From positions 2,400,001 to 2,464,000 of the forward strand of contig OY761158.1 of assembly GCA_963664405.1 (NCBI GenBank): a stretch of 64,000 nucleotides of DNA, written 5' to 3'. Positions 19,226-30,734 of this stretch are shown piece after piece. Below the pieces are notes generated by a model. It worked only from the letters and a program-made list of their open reading frames with translations, was not told where the DNA came from and made no database searches. The translations under genes were made by a program, and so were the position numbers. The stretch's first letter is position 1; the number at the start of each line of letters is the position of its first letter. This DNA is from Thermoanaerobaculia bacterium (GTDB taxonomy: Bacteria; Acidobacteriota; Thermoanaerobaculia; Multivoradales; Multivoraceae).

Positions 19226-21695
19226 ATGAAACAAGCTGCCTTCCTCTTGTTCTTTGCCGCTTCCATCGGCTGGACTCAAGAGTCGGGGACTCTTAGCATG
19301 GAAGACGCTCCTTTCCCGGAGCTGCCGCCAGCCGAGATCGCCGGCGAGATCGCGAGTCAACGCATCAGCCCGCAGGAGATGACCGGCGATTGGCCCTCAC
19401 TCTCATCCGCGGCCGATGGCGGCGCCTGGGTGGCCTGGATCGAATGGGACGCAGAGCAGAGCGACCGGGTGCTGGTCCGTCATCGAAGATTCCTCCGGCG
19501 ACTGGGGCGAGCCAATCGAGATCGCCGACGGCAATTGGGACCACTACATGCCAGCCATCGCAGCCACCCCCAATGGAGCCGTCGTCGCCTGGTCCGCTCA
19601 GGTCGACGGCGACTACGATCTCTTCACCGCCGCCGTCTCGAATGACGGCGGAGTCGGCACTGTCGAAACGCTCTCGTCGATGAAGCACGGTGACTTTCAC
19701 GTTCGACTTGCGGCCGACGCCGGGGGCAATGTCACCGCGGTCTGGCAGTCGTTCGGCGGAGAGAGCGCCGATATCTATGCTCGAAGGCTGAGCAAAGGCT
19801 CGTGGGGACCGAGCACCCGCATATCGACGTCCGAGGCCTCCGACTGGGAGCCCTCCATTGCGCTGGACTCCCGAGGCAGGGCGTGGATCTCTTGGGACAC
19901 TTACCACGCCGGGAACTATGACGTCCTCCTGGCCTCCTTCGACGGCCAGGAGACCGGCTCGCAGATCCCGATCGCCACCGGCCCCGACGCACAGTTCCAC
20001 TCGAGCTTGGCTATCGACTCGATGGACCGCATCTGGGTGGCCTATGACACCGCTCTCCCGAATTGGGGCAAGGACTTCTCCACCTCCGGAGGCGTCGAGG
20101 GCAGCGAGGGCCTACACGCTCGGCGAGGCCTCGGAGTCCGTGTTTACAAGAGCGGGCGCGTCTTCGAACCGCAATCCGACGTCCGCGACATTCTCACCGG
20201 TCGTATGAGCCGCTTTGCCGAGCTACCGACGATCTCGATCGACGGCAGGGGCTCGGCGTGGCTTGTCTTTCGCCATTGGACGACCCACAAGCCTCACGAG
20301 ATGTACGACGTCTACGCGACCCGCCTCGCCGAAACCGGTTGGACCACCCCGGTGCGACTGACCCACAGCGCGGGACGTAATACCCAGCGCACCTCGGTCG
20401 CGACCCAGCCCGACGGCTCTCTGCTGGCAGGGTATGCCAGCGACCTGCGCTCGGCCGAGAACCTCCCCAGAAGCCAAACGCACTCTCTGCACTACAACGT
20501 CTTCGTCGCCAAGCTCGAGGCGGGCGAATCCGGCGACCCGGCGCTCGAGGAGGTCGAGGCCGCAGCCCCCCGCGCCGACTTTGTACCCCGGCAGCGGGCG
20601 AAGATGACCGTCGACGGCAAGACCTACACCCTGCTGCTCGGTGACTGCCACCGCCACACCGATATCCGCGGCCACTCAGGAGTCGACTCCTCGACCGAGG
20701 ACACCTATCGCTACGCGATTGACGCCGCACAGCTCGACTTCGTCGGGCCGAGCGACCACAACGCCGTGGTCGGCGGGCGATGGCCCGACGGTCTACGCGA
20801 CTACAGCTGGTGGTATCAACAGAAGCTCGTCGATGTTTACACTCACGGGCCACGCTTTTGGGGTATCTACACCTACGAGCACTCGATGAGCCGCCCGGGC
20901 GGCCACCGCAACGTTCTCCTGCTGAAGCGAGGCGCGCCCCTACGCCCAATCGACCGCGAGAAGGGCATCGATTCCGCCGACAACTCTCCGCCGGTGCTGT
21001 GGGACTGGGCGAGAAAGAATGTGCTCAGCCAGCAAGGGCAGAAAATGGTGATCGTTCCCCACACTTTCGCCGCCGGCCCGCTAGCCGACTGGAACTGGCC
21101 GAACTCGGAGTTCGACTGCCTGCTCGAGATCTACCAGGGCGCACGGGGAAGCTACGAGAAGTGGCGCTTGCCGAAGGCCCAGCTGCGTGGCAGCACCCAG
21201 ACCGACGACCCCGGCCACTTCGCCGTGGACGCTCTCGACAAAGGGAATATCTACGGCTTCGTCTCCTTCAGCGACCACCGCTCGACCCACAACTCGTGGG
21301 CCGCGATCTGGGCCGCCGACGAGACCCGGGAGGCACTTTTCGATGCAATGCTCGAGCGACGTACTTTCGCCGCCACCGACGAGATCGTGCTCAAGGTCTC
21401 AGCGGACGGCCGCAATATGGGCGAGCAGTTCACGGCCAAGGTCGGCGCGCCACCGGAGATTGTGATCGACGTCGAGGCCCCGGACTTGATCCTTCGCGTC
21501 GACGTGGTCAAGAACGGAGAATACGTATACACCCAGCGTCCAGGGAGCCGAAGCGCGCGGCTCAGGTACCGCGATTCTTCTCCAACAGCCGGCGACAGCT
21601 ATTACTACGTGCGCGTCTTTCAGCGTGATCCCGACAACCCGACCGGTGATCCCGAGATCGCATGGGCGTCGCCCTTCTTCGTCAAATACGAGTAA
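19226..21695 (+). pseudogene. Secreted beta-propeller + PHP-fold metallohydrolase with a 1-nt frameshift near 19487
   Basis: Signal-peptide ORF MKQAAFLL...DRVLVRHR continues in another frame as DSSGDWGEP...GDCHRHTD...AWASPFF. Confidence 0.75.
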
Positions 21696-21708
21696 CGGCC
21701 GCGGCCTG

Positions 21709-22545
21709 ATGAGAAGCCAGACCCTCCTCGTTGCCGTAGCTGCCCTACTCCTCGAAGGTGGAGGTCGGGCCCAGGAGATCCCGTTCGAGCAACAGGTCTT
21801 CAACGAGCAAGTCCTTCGGCCCTCGGGCCAGCCCGTCGTTCCCATATTTGACGGGTGGTTCGAGAACCCTGACGGAACGCACGCGATCTGCTTCGGGTAC
21901 TTCAACCTCAACACCGAGGAGGTCGTCGAGATCGCTCTCGGCCCTGACAACTTCATCGAGCCCGTCGAGCTCGATGGGCTGCAGCCAAGCCACTTCGATC
22001 CGGTCCCCGCCGCAGGCTATCGGCGGCACTTCTGTGTTTTCAGCGTGACGGTTCCGAAGGACTTCGGCAATGGGCGTGTGGTCTGGACTCTGCGTCGAGG
22101 TGGAGAAACGATCTCCACGCCGGGAAAGCTGACTCCATCCTACGTGCTGGATGAGCCCGATGCGGGGGCGAGAGGGGTCACCGCGCCGGCCCTCGAGCTC
22201 GATTCGCGCGGACCAGTGTTTCGGGGGCGAAAGGGACACACCGCCAAGCCTCGCAGGGTGTCTGTGGGTGAGCCCCTGAATCTGACAGTGCGCGTCGATC
22301 ACCCGGCTCCCGAGAGCTGGATCGGCTGGAGCAAGCATCAGGGGCCCGGCGATGTCGAGCTGAGCCAAGCGGAGCTCGAGGTCGATCGTGAAGACGGCAC
22401 CGCCACCGTGCGCGCAAGGTTCAGCGAGCCCGGCGAGTACCTCCTTCGAGTGCAAGCCATCTACTCGACGACCTCGTTCGAATACCACTGCTGTTGGACG
22501 AACGGGTACGTCCCCGTCATAGTCACCTCCAGCCCACCGAAGTGA
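21709..22545 (+). CDS. Secreted hypothetical protein
   Basis: Signal peptide; SGQPVVPIFDGWFENPDGT...FGYFNLN; C-terminal HCCWTNG. Confidence 0.8.
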   Translation: MRSQTLLVAVAALLLEGGGRAQEIPFEQQVFNEQVLRPSGQPVVPIFDGWFENPDGTHAICFGYFNLNTEEVVEIALGPDNFIEPVELDGLQPSHFDPVPAAGYRRHFCVFSVTVPKDFGNGRVVWTLRRGGETISTPGKLTPSYVLDEPDAGARGVTAPALELDSRGPVFRGRKGHTAKPRRVSVGEPLNLTVRVDHPAPESWIGWSKHQGPGDVELSQAELEVDREDGTATVRARFSEPGEYLLRVQAIYSTTSFEYHCCWTNGYVPVIVTSSPPK

Positions 22546-22629
22546 TGAACTATCATTGGCACCGGTCAGTGCTGGATGACATGGCGCGCAAACGGTCTGC
22601 GGCCAGGTGCGAAAGCTCCTAATGAGTGC

Positions 22630-24144
22630 ATGATGCGAAGCCGACGAGGAACTGCTAGACCAGCGTTTCCAAAGTTCGTGTGCAATAGCTCGAGCTCATT
22701 CTGTTCGCTGGCCAGGCGCGCCGACGCAGGCATATTGGGCAATATGTCGAGGAGGCGAAACGCCGCCAGCGGACAGAAGGGACCGAGATATGTGCGCGAA
22801 CTTTGGAAACGCTGGTCTAGTCGCCACGCGGCAACCCTCGCGACGCTTGCCGCTCTGGGCAGCGTCACCAACCCGAGTACCGCCCAAGACGTCACCTTTG
22901 CCAGAGATATCGCGCCGATCCTCTACCAGAGCTGTGTCGGCTGTCATCGCTCCGACTCGTACGCGCCGATGTCCCTGCTCACCTACCGAGAGGCTCGTCC
23001 CTGGGCGAAGGCGATTCGCAAGGCCGTGCTGCAGAGGCAGATGCCGCCCTGGCACGTAGACCGCACCGTCGGCATCCAGGCCTACGAGAACGACACCTCC
23101 CTGAGCGAGAAAGAGATCCAGACGATCGTGAGCTGGGTCGACGCCGGCGCACCTCTGGGCAACGAGGCGGATTTGCCTCCGTCTCCCCATCTCCGCGATG
23201 GAGGTGCCTGGCGACTCGAGTCCCAATTGGGGCGCCCGCCCGATGTCATCGTGAGCTCGACTCCCTACGACGCAGTCGACAACGGCCAGGACCAATGGTG
23301 GGGCCCCACCGTGCCCTTCGAAGGATTCGATGAGGAGCGCTGGATCAAGGCGTACGAGTTCAAGCCGGCCTGGCCACTTGGTCTTCGCGTCGTCCACCAC
23401 GGCCACGCGACCCTGACGGCAGGCGAACGCGACATCGCCATCGCCCACTACGGGGTCGGCAAGCGATACGAGACCTTCCCCGACGACGTCGGCATGATGC
23501 TACCCGCCGGAGCCGGGCAGGTGACATGGAATCTCCACTACTTCCCGGTCGGGATCGATGTGCCGCAGGACGTGGTGGACGTCGGCCTGTGGCTGTATCC
23601 AAGAGGCGAAGAGCCCGGCCTGGAGACGCGCGGAGAAGTGCTGATGAGAGTCGATCGCATGGGCGGTATGCCGAGAGGTGGCGACATCCTGCTGCCGCCG
23701 CACGGAAAACAAGTGCTTCAAGGCGTCCATGTCTTGGAGCACCCGAGCTTGATCTCGAGCTTCCGACCGCACATGCACATGCGCGGTAAAGAGATGTCGT
23801 TCGAGGCGATCTATCCGGACGGTCGCCGACAGATGTTGGGGAAGGTCTCTGACTACAAACACAACTGGCAGATCTCCTATCAGTTCGCAGCCGACGCGAA
23901 GCCGCTGCTACCCAAGGGCACGATGCTGCTGTTTACGTCGGTCTTCGACAACAGCGCGGCAAACCCGCTCAACCCCGATCCCGAACAATGGGTCGTCTTC
24001 GGGCGCCGCGGCGTGGACGAGATGTCCCACATGTGGGTCGGAATCACCGATCTGACGACAGAGGAGCTCGAGTCTCGGGTCGCCGCGCGCGAAGCCAGGC
24101 TCCAGGCCGCGCAGGGCACTGCCGGCAGCACCGGTGAGCAGTAG
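22630..24144 (+). CDS. Heme c + copper type II monooxygenase (PHM/DBM)-like protein with an in-frame repeat insertion
   Basis: CVGCH; HH (VVHHG), LHY, PHMHMRG, DEM. Confidence 0.8.
   Translation: MMRSRRGTARPAFPKFVCNSSSSFCSLARRADAGILGNMSRRRNAASGQKGPRYVRELWKRWSSRHAATLATLAALGSVTNPSTAQDVTFARDIAPILYQSCVGCHRSDSYAPMSLLTYREARPWAKAIRKAVLQRQMPPWHVDRTVGIQAYENDTSLSEKEIQTIVSWVDAGAPLGNEADLPPSPHLRDGGAWRLESQLGRPPDVIVSSTPYDAVDNGQDQWWGPTVPFEGFDEERWIKAYEFKPAWPLGLRVVHHGHATLTAGERDIAIAHYGVGKRYETFPDDVGMMLPAGAGQVTWNLHYFPVGIDVPQDVVDVGLWLYPRGEEPGLETRGEVLMRVDRMGGMPRGGDILLPPHGKQVLQGVHVLEHPSLISSFRPHMHMRGKEMSFEAIYPDGRRQMLGKVSDYKHNWQISYQFAADAKPLLPKGTMLLFTSVFDNSAANPLNPDPEQWVVFGRRGVDEMSHMWVGITDLTTEELESRVAAREARLQAAQGTAGSTGEQ
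22655..22820 (+). repeat. Repeat family B copy 2 (166 bp, intragenic, in frame)
   Basis: CTAGACCAGCGTTTCCAAAGTTCG...CGAACTTTGGAAACGCTGGTCTAG. Confidence 0.92.
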
Positions 24145-24153
24145 ACGTCCCGC

Positions 24154-26367
24154 GTGATGCAGACGGCGCTTCCTTCTGTTCGGCGGCTCGGCCAGCTCAG
24201 TGTCGTGGCCCTGACCGCTACCGCGCCAGGATCGTGGAGCGAAGCTCTTGCCCAAGATATCTCTGAGCAAGCGGCGGCCGGGGCGGACTTGTACACCGAG
24301 GTATGCGCCGATTGCCACCTCGGCGACCTCGCGGGGTCGTTCGAAGCACCGGAGCTCGCGGGTCCCGACTTCCGAAACAGATGGGCCGGATCTCCGGTGA
24401 AGGATCTCATCGAGCTCATCCGCTTGACGATGCCACCCGAGGAGCCGCGCTCGCTGACGGCCGAAAAGGCGGCCGAAGTGGCAGCTTTCATTCTGAGTCG
24501 CAACGACGTGCCGACGGCCGACACTCGGCTGAGCGCTACGGCGACCGGAGACGTGTTCGAGGAAGCGCCGGCAGCGTCGGCAGCGCCAGGAGCTCCCGCA
24601 GCGGATGTCGAGGTGCGACGACCACCGGTGCCGGGTCTGCCCGGTACGGTCCCCTCTCCGGACGGACGAAACGCGGCGCCCGAGGTGGGAGAAGTCTTCG
24701 AGACCTCGAGCTCGATCACCCGCACCTATCGTCCGCCGCGGCGACGCGTGTCGGTCTCCGCCGCCGAGCTGGTCAATCCACCCGCTGGTGATTGGCTCCA
24801 CTGGCGGGGCACTCCGGGTGCCCTCGGCTACAGCGAGCTCGCCCAGATCAGGCGAGAAAACGTCCACCGTCTCCAGCTTGCGTGGGTCTGGGGCATGGAG
24901 CCGGGGACGAGCCAACCGTCGTTCCTGGTCCGGGACGGCGTGGTCTTCCTGCCCAACCAGCGCAACGTCATCCAAGCTTTGGACGGAAGGGACGGAACCC
25001 TGCTGTGGGAGTACCGCCGCAGCTTCGAGGAGGGCACCAACCTCGGACGCGGCCATCTGAGAAGTCTCGCGATCTGGGAGGACCTCGTCTTCGTGGCGAC
25101 CATCGACGCCCATCTCGTTGCGCTCGACGCAAACACGGGACAGGTGCGCTGGGAAACGGAGGTTGCGGATCGCAGCCTCGGCTTCGGATACACCTCCGGG
25201 CCGATCGTGGCGGGTGACCGAGTGGTCACCGGCATCGCCGGCTGCGCACGGCTACAAGAGGAGAGCTGCTTCATCACCGCCCACGACGCGCGAACGGGAA
25301 CCGAGCTGTGGCGAACCTTTACAGTCGCGCGCCCCGGCGAGCCTGGCGGCGACAGCTGGGGCGCTCTGCCCTGGGCGCTTCGCGGCGGCGCCGACGTCTG
25401 GATCCCCGGCAGCTGGGACCCCGAGCTCGGGCTGGTGTTCTTCGGCACTGCCCAGGCCAAGCCGTGGGTGGCGGCGAGCCGTGGTCTGACCACCGCAGAT
25501 TCGACTCTCTACGCCAACTCGACGTTGGCACTCGACATCGTCGACGGTCACATCGTCTGGTACCGGCAGCATGTTCCAGGCGAGACGCTGGATATGGACG
25601 AGGCCTTCGAGCAGGTGCTTGTCGACGTGGAGGGTCGCCCCCTCCACCTCTCGATCGGCAAGAGTGGAATCCTCTGGAAGCTGGATCGGCGCGACGGCTC
25701 TTTCCTAGGGCTCACCGAGACCGTCTATCAGAACATCTTCGACCAGGTGAACCCGAAGACGGGCGCTGTCGTCTATCGGGAGGACATCCAAGAGGCCCGA
25801 GTCGGCGAGTGGCTGTCGGTCTGTCCATCGACGGCGGGCGGCCACAACTGGCAGTCGACCGCGTTCTACCCACCGAGCGCGTTGCTTGTAGCGCCGCTGA
25901 GCCAGAGCTGCATGGAGATTGCGGGTCAAGAGATGGCGATGGAGCCGGGGCGCGGCGGAACCGGCGCGGCGCGGATGTGGAAGCCGATGCCCGGGAAGGA
26001 GGGGCTCTTCGCTAGGCTGGCCGCCTACGACGTTTCCACTCTCGAAGAGATCTGGAGAGTTGAGCAGAAGGCGCCTTTCATGACCGCAGCTCTCACCACG
26101 GCGGGCGGCCTCGCTTTCATCGGTGACTTCGACCGCTGGGTTCGGGCCTACGACGTCGACACCGGAAGGCCCTTGTGGCAGACACGCCTGGCGAGTACTG
26201 TCGAGGGTTTTCCAGTGACATTCGCGATCGATGGCGTCCAATACTTCGGGATTCCGACCGGCAGGGGCGGAGGCAGCCCGTGGAGGATCGGCGACTTCCT
26301 CACCCCGGAGCTGATCAGCCCGGCAGGGCACAACGCACTCTATGTCTTCCGTTTGGGAGAGCCATGA
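24154..26367 (+). CDS. PQQ-dependent dehydrogenase with N-terminal cytochrome c
   Basis: CADCH; PQQ propeller motifs [33 protein letters not shown]. Confidence 0.88.
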   Translation: MMQTALPSVRRLGQLSVVALTATAPGSWSEALAQDISEQAAAGADLYTEVCADCHLGDLAGSFEAPELAGPDFRNRWAGSPVKDLIELIRLTMPPEEPRSLTAEKAAEVAAFILSRNDVPTADTRLSATATGDVFEEAPAASAAPGAPAADVEVRRPPVPGLPGTVPSPDGRNAAPEVGEVFETSSSITRTYRPPRRRVSVSAAELVNPPAGDWLHWRGTPGALGYSELAQIRRENVHRLQLAWVWGMEPGTSQPSFLVRDGVVFLPNQRNVIQALDGRDGTLLWEYRRSFEEGTNLGRGHLRSLAIWEDLVFVATIDAHLVALDANTGQVRWETEVADRSLGFGYTSGPIVAGDRVVTGIAGCARLQEESCFITAHDARTGTELWRTFTVARPGEPGGDSWGALPWALRGGADVWIPGSWDPELGLVFFGTAQAKPWVAASRGLTTADSTLYANSTLALDIVDGHIVWYRQHVPGETLDMDEAFEQVLVDVEGRPLHLSIGKSGILWKLDRRDGSFLGLTETVYQNIFDQVNPKTGAVVYREDIQEARVGEWLSVCPSTAGGHNWQSTAFYPPSALLVAPLSQSCMEIAGQEMAMEPGRGGTGAARMWKPMPGKEGLFARLAAYDVSTLEEIWRVEQKAPFMTAALTTAGGLAFIGDFDRWVRAYDVDTGRPLWQTRLASTVEGFPVTFAIDGVQYFGIPTGRGGGSPWRIGDFLTPELISPAGHNALYVFRLGEP

Positions 26368-27389
26368 GGGCGGCGAGGAATCTGCGCGGCGTGTTTGTTC
26401 TCGGGGCGCTCCTGGGTGCCCCCGCGGTCACGGCCCAGCCGGCGGAGGGCTATAGAGCCGTCGAAGGTTGGGCCCGGCTACCCGCCGGGAGATCCTGGGG
26501 CGCTGTGACCGGGGTTTTCCCCGATCCCGACGGAAGGCATATGTGGGTGCTCGACCGATGCGGAGCCAATAGTTGTCTCGATTCGGAGCTCGATCCGGTC
26601 TTTCAGTTCGATCTCGACGGCAATCTCACAGAGAGCTTCGGGAGAGGTCTTTTTGCGTGGCCGCACGGGTTCTTTGTCGACCGAGAAGGACATGTCTGGG
26701 TCGCCGACGGTCCTTCCGGTGCTCTCGCCGAGGCCGCCACAGCTCGGGGCAAGGGACAGCAAGTCTTCAAGCTGAGCTCCGAGGGCGCGGTTCTGATGAC
26801 ACTCGGTGGGGCCGGAGTGATCGGTGGTCCCACAGCCGAAGACAGTTTCAACGCGCCGTCGGACGTCTTGGTTTCCCCCACCGGCGAGATCTACGTCCTC
26901 GACGGGCACGGCGAAGGCGGCAACAACCGGGTCGTCCAGTTCACCGCCAAGGGTCGCTTCGTCCGCAGCTGGGGAACCAGCGGGCCGGGGCCCGCCGCTG
27001 GGGAGCTCTCTGATCCCCACGCGATCGCAATGGACTCTCAAGGCCGCATCTTCGTCGCAGATCGCCGCAACATCCGCATCCAGATTTTCGACCGAAACGG
27101 AAGGTTCCTCGAACATTGGAGTCACTTCGGGCCGCCAAGCAGCATCTACATCGACGAAGGTGACACGATCTACGTAACCGACACCCAGACCCGAGCGCTA
27201 CCGAGCTGGGTTGGCGAGCGGCGCAAAGAAGGCTGGGTGAGAGGCATTCGGATCGGAAACGCCCGTACCAGTGAGGTCATCGAGTTCATCCCGAGCGACG
27301 CGGAGTTCGTCGCCTCCGACCCAGCAGGCAACGTCTATGGCGCCCACGTACCCGGTACGAAGCTGATCAAGTACGAGCGACTCGAGTAG
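26364..27389 (+). CDS. NHL-repeat / PAL (amidating lyase)-like protein
   Basis: [36 protein letters not shown]; ATGA overlap with the upstream gene. Confidence 0.85.
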   Translation: MRAARNLRGVFVLGALLGAPAVTAQPAEGYRAVEGWARLPAGRSWGAVTGVFPDPDGRHMWVLDRCGANSCLDSELDPVFQFDLDGNLTESFGRGLFAWPHGFFVDREGHVWVADGPSGALAEAATARGKGQQVFKLSSEGAVLMTLGGAGVIGGPTAEDSFNAPSDVLVSPTGEIYVLDGHGEGGNNRVVQFTAKGRFVRSWGTSGPGPAAGELSDPHAIAMDSQGRIFVADRRNIRIQIFDRNGRFLEHWSHFGPPSSIYIDEGDTIYVTDTQTRALPSWVGERRKEGWVRGIRIGNARTSEVIEFIPSDAEFVASDPAGNVYGAHVPGTKLIKYERLE

Positions 27390-27465
27390 CCTCACTGATC
27401 GAGACGAGCGCGTGGCGCTACTTACCCAGGCGAGACTGAAAGGCTCCGGAGCGAGGGAATAACCG

Positions 27466-28005
27466 TTAACCGCTGATGCCGACCGAGACGGCGAGCTTCT
27501 CCCAGCGCAGCACGATGCCGTCGCCGGTCACCTCGTAGGTGAGCTCCTCGACGTTGTCGGCCGCTTCGGGCTTAACCGTCGCCCGCATCTGGTCATCACC
27601 CGCGTCATAGCGGAACGCGCCCCACTGAGTCGCAGTCTTATTGAGGATCACGGTCCATTCGCCCTCCTGTGGAAGAAAGAACAGGCTGTAGGTACCCTTC
27701 GGTACCGCCGTACCTTCGACCTTCACGTCGGCCGAGAAGGTGATCGTGTTTGCCTCGTTGGCGCCGGCGCGCCAGACCGCGCCGTTGGGGACGAGTCCGC
27801 CCCAGATCTTGCGCCCCTTGACCTGCGGTCGGCCATAGGTGATGGTGACCTTGCTGCCGCCAATGGTGCCCTCAGCCATGCCATTCTTCGACGGACGATC
27901 GCCGTCATCGCCCCGCTCCTGAGCCAGTGTTGGAGCGGCAAGCGCCGAAACCAGGGCCGCCATCAAGAGTAGAGCTGCAGTTTTGTGTTCGAGAAAGACC
28001 CGCAT
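27466..28005 (-). CDS. DUF2911 domain protein
   Basis: YGRPQVKGRKIWGGLVP..VWRAGANE, QWGAF. Confidence 0.9.
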   Translation of the reverse strand: MRVFLEHKTAALLLMAALVSALAAPTLAQERGDDGDRPSKNGMAEGTIGGSKVTITYGRPQVKGRKIWGGLVPNGAVWRAGANEANTITFSADVKVEGTAVPKGTYSLFFLPQEGEWTVILNKTATQWGAFRYDAGDDQMRATVKPEAADNVEELTYEVTGDGIVLRWEKLAVSVGISG

Positions 28006-28119
28006 CGTTCGACCTCCAGTTGAGCACTTCGTTCTGTTATCTCCGAGACTCTAACGTACGTACGTCGACCTGTTTGGGTTCTGCGTAGGGCGGTCTGAGC
28101 CCCGTTGTCACCGGGCATT

Positions 28120-29370
28120 CTACCTCCGAACGAGGAGACCCACTACCCAGCCGGTGGCAGCGTAGATCGCAGCCAGACCGAAAGCGGCCGCGGCAAGCTG
28201 CAACTGACGACTCGGTGGTGGCGTCGAATTGTGACCGAAGAGGAACAGTCCAAGGAAGAAGAGGTACCCGGTTCCGACCGAAGCAGGGATCCAGAGGCCT
28301 ATCGCCAGCAGGCCCTTTAGGACTTTCCGGCTGCGCTCACCCAGGAAGACCAGTACCCGAGCAAGGTAGTAGATCAACCAACCGGCACAGATCAAACCGC
28401 TGATACAAATCGCGGCGAAATAGAGATTGCCGCCGATTCGCTCCAACCCAAAGATCTGCTCGAACCGCGTCGGCACTGGTACGGCCGCCGCTTGGCGCTG
28501 TTGCTCCAGGTGGAGGCGTGCCCGCTCGTCGCCCTCGGCCCGGATCGAGGCGAGGTACGCCTCGATCTCCTGCTCGGCGTAGCCGTCCGACGCGTTCAGC
28601 CTGCGGTCTTTCTGTAATGTTTGAAGGGCGATCTGTCGTTCGTCGTGAGGACCCTGGGTAGCCGTTTCGAAGAGGGCGCTGCGAGCTTCCAGAGAAAGAG
28701 GCGCATGCTCGGCAAGCCCGCCGAGGGCCGCGGCTGCAAGGTGCGCCAAACTGGGAACCGTCTCGTGCACAGGTCTCTCTTCCTGGACAATTGCGACAAG
28801 CGTCATCTCCCCTCCCGGAGAGAGCTCGCCCTGCCAGGCAAAGCCGGCCAGCAGACGGATCGCGGCCTGCCTTACCGAGGGGTCCTCGTGGAGTAGAGCG
28901 AGGTCGACGATCCGGGCCTCCTGCGCGCCGGCAGCCCGGAAAGAATCCTCATCCGAGCCCAGCGCGGTCAACAATGCGGCGAGCACCGGCGTCGGGGGCT
29001 CCTCTTCGAGCTCGGCCAACAGCGACTCCCAAATCTCCGGGGGAAGCTTCTGATTGCGCGCCACCGACCGCAAGCCGGTCAGCGCCTGCTCGCGCACCCC
29101 AGGCGCCTCGTCGCCGACCGCCAGAACCGCGAGCTTCGAGATCACCTCGGGCCCCGGATCGCGGCGGGCGGCAAGCGTCGCAAGCGCCACCACCCGGGTC
29201 TCGAGATCGTCGTCGGCAGCCCGCGCGCGCAGCTCCCGCTCCTGCGACCGCATGCCCAGAAGCTGGATGCCCCGCAGCACGTAGGGGTAGGCACCGGCCA
29301 GAGCGACAAGAATAGCGACCGCGCTAAGGACCACTGGCAGCGGCGTCTTGCGAAGAACCGGAGAGGTCAC
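28120..29370 (-). CDS. Membrane protein with HEAT-like repeats
   Basis: N-terminal TM, repeats such as DPSVRQAAIRLL, three C-terminal TMs. Confidence 0.65.
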   Translation of the reverse strand: MTSPVLRKTPLPVVLSAVAILVALAGAYPYVLRGIQLLGMRSQERELRARAADDDLETRVVALATLAARRDPGPEVISKLAVLAVGDEAPGVREQALTGLRSVARNQKLPPEIWESLLAELEEEPPTPVLAALLTALGSDEDSFRAAGAQEARIVDLALLHEDPSVRQAAIRLLAGFAWQGELSPGGEMTLVAIVQEERPVHETVPSLAHLAAAALGGLAEHAPLSLEARSALFETATQGPHDERQIALQTLQKDRRLNASDGYAEQEIEAYLASIRAEGDERARLHLEQQRQAAAVPVPTRFEQIFGLERIGGNLYFAAICISGLICAGWLIYYLARVLVFLGERSRKVLKGLLAIGLWIPASVGTGYLFFLGLFLFGHNSTPPPSRQLQLAAAAFGLAAIYAATGWVVGLLVRR

Positions 29371-29461
29371 GGCACATATACTGCCACGCGCGAAGCACGC
29401 GCGGGACGACCGCCCCTTGCCGTCACGATTTCCGCTTGGGTCAAAAAGGAGGTGGCAGCTA

Positions 29462-29628
29462 CTAGACCAGCGTTTCCAAAGTCGCGCTACAATAGCTCGC
29501 GGTCATTCTGTTCGCTGGCAAGGCGCGCCGACGCAGGCGTATTGGGGAATATGTCGAGGAGGCGCAACGCCGCCAGCGGGGCAGAACGGGCCGAGATATG
29601 TAGCGCTACTTTGGAAACGCTGGTCTAG
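29462..29628 (+). repeat. Repeat family B copy 3 (167 bp)
   Basis: CTAGACCAGCGTTTCCAAAGT...ACTTTGGAAACGCTGGTCTAG. Confidence 0.92.
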
Positions 29629-29760
29629 CTACCGCAACGACTTCTCAACGTCGCCTTAGGCGCTTACGCTGTCGAAGCTGTCTGAGGAAAGGCATCTTCG
29701 AGGAACCCGATCATCCGATCCTGCAGCTCTACGAGCCAGTCAGGCACGATGCTGTCGTTA

Positions 29761-30441
<681 letters not shown>

Positions 30442-30734
30442 TCATCGTTCACGGAACGGACTGCGCCGCAAGGCGTACTGGAGCGGCTCCTGTGCAACGG
30501 TGAAACGGCGTAGAAACTCGTTCCCCTGATACCCCACATCCATCATTCCGATCGGGCTAGTGTAGAACGCATCGACGACCAGTCGCCGCACCCACGAAAA
30601 AAACCGGATACCGGAGCCGAGCATTCCTGCGGGATCTGCGGTGTAGTGGCGGAAGGGAGCAATGCACCCGCTCCGAGCGCAGTCAGAGACAGGGCTCCCC
30701 TACGAATCACTTCGCGGCGGCTCAGCTCAGACAT
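30442..30734 (-). pseudogene. Gluconate 2-dehydrogenase subunit 3-like, internally deleted
   Basis: Tat-like MSELSRREVI joined out of frame to FFSWVRRLVVDAFYTSPIG..DVGYQGN. Confidence 0.7.
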
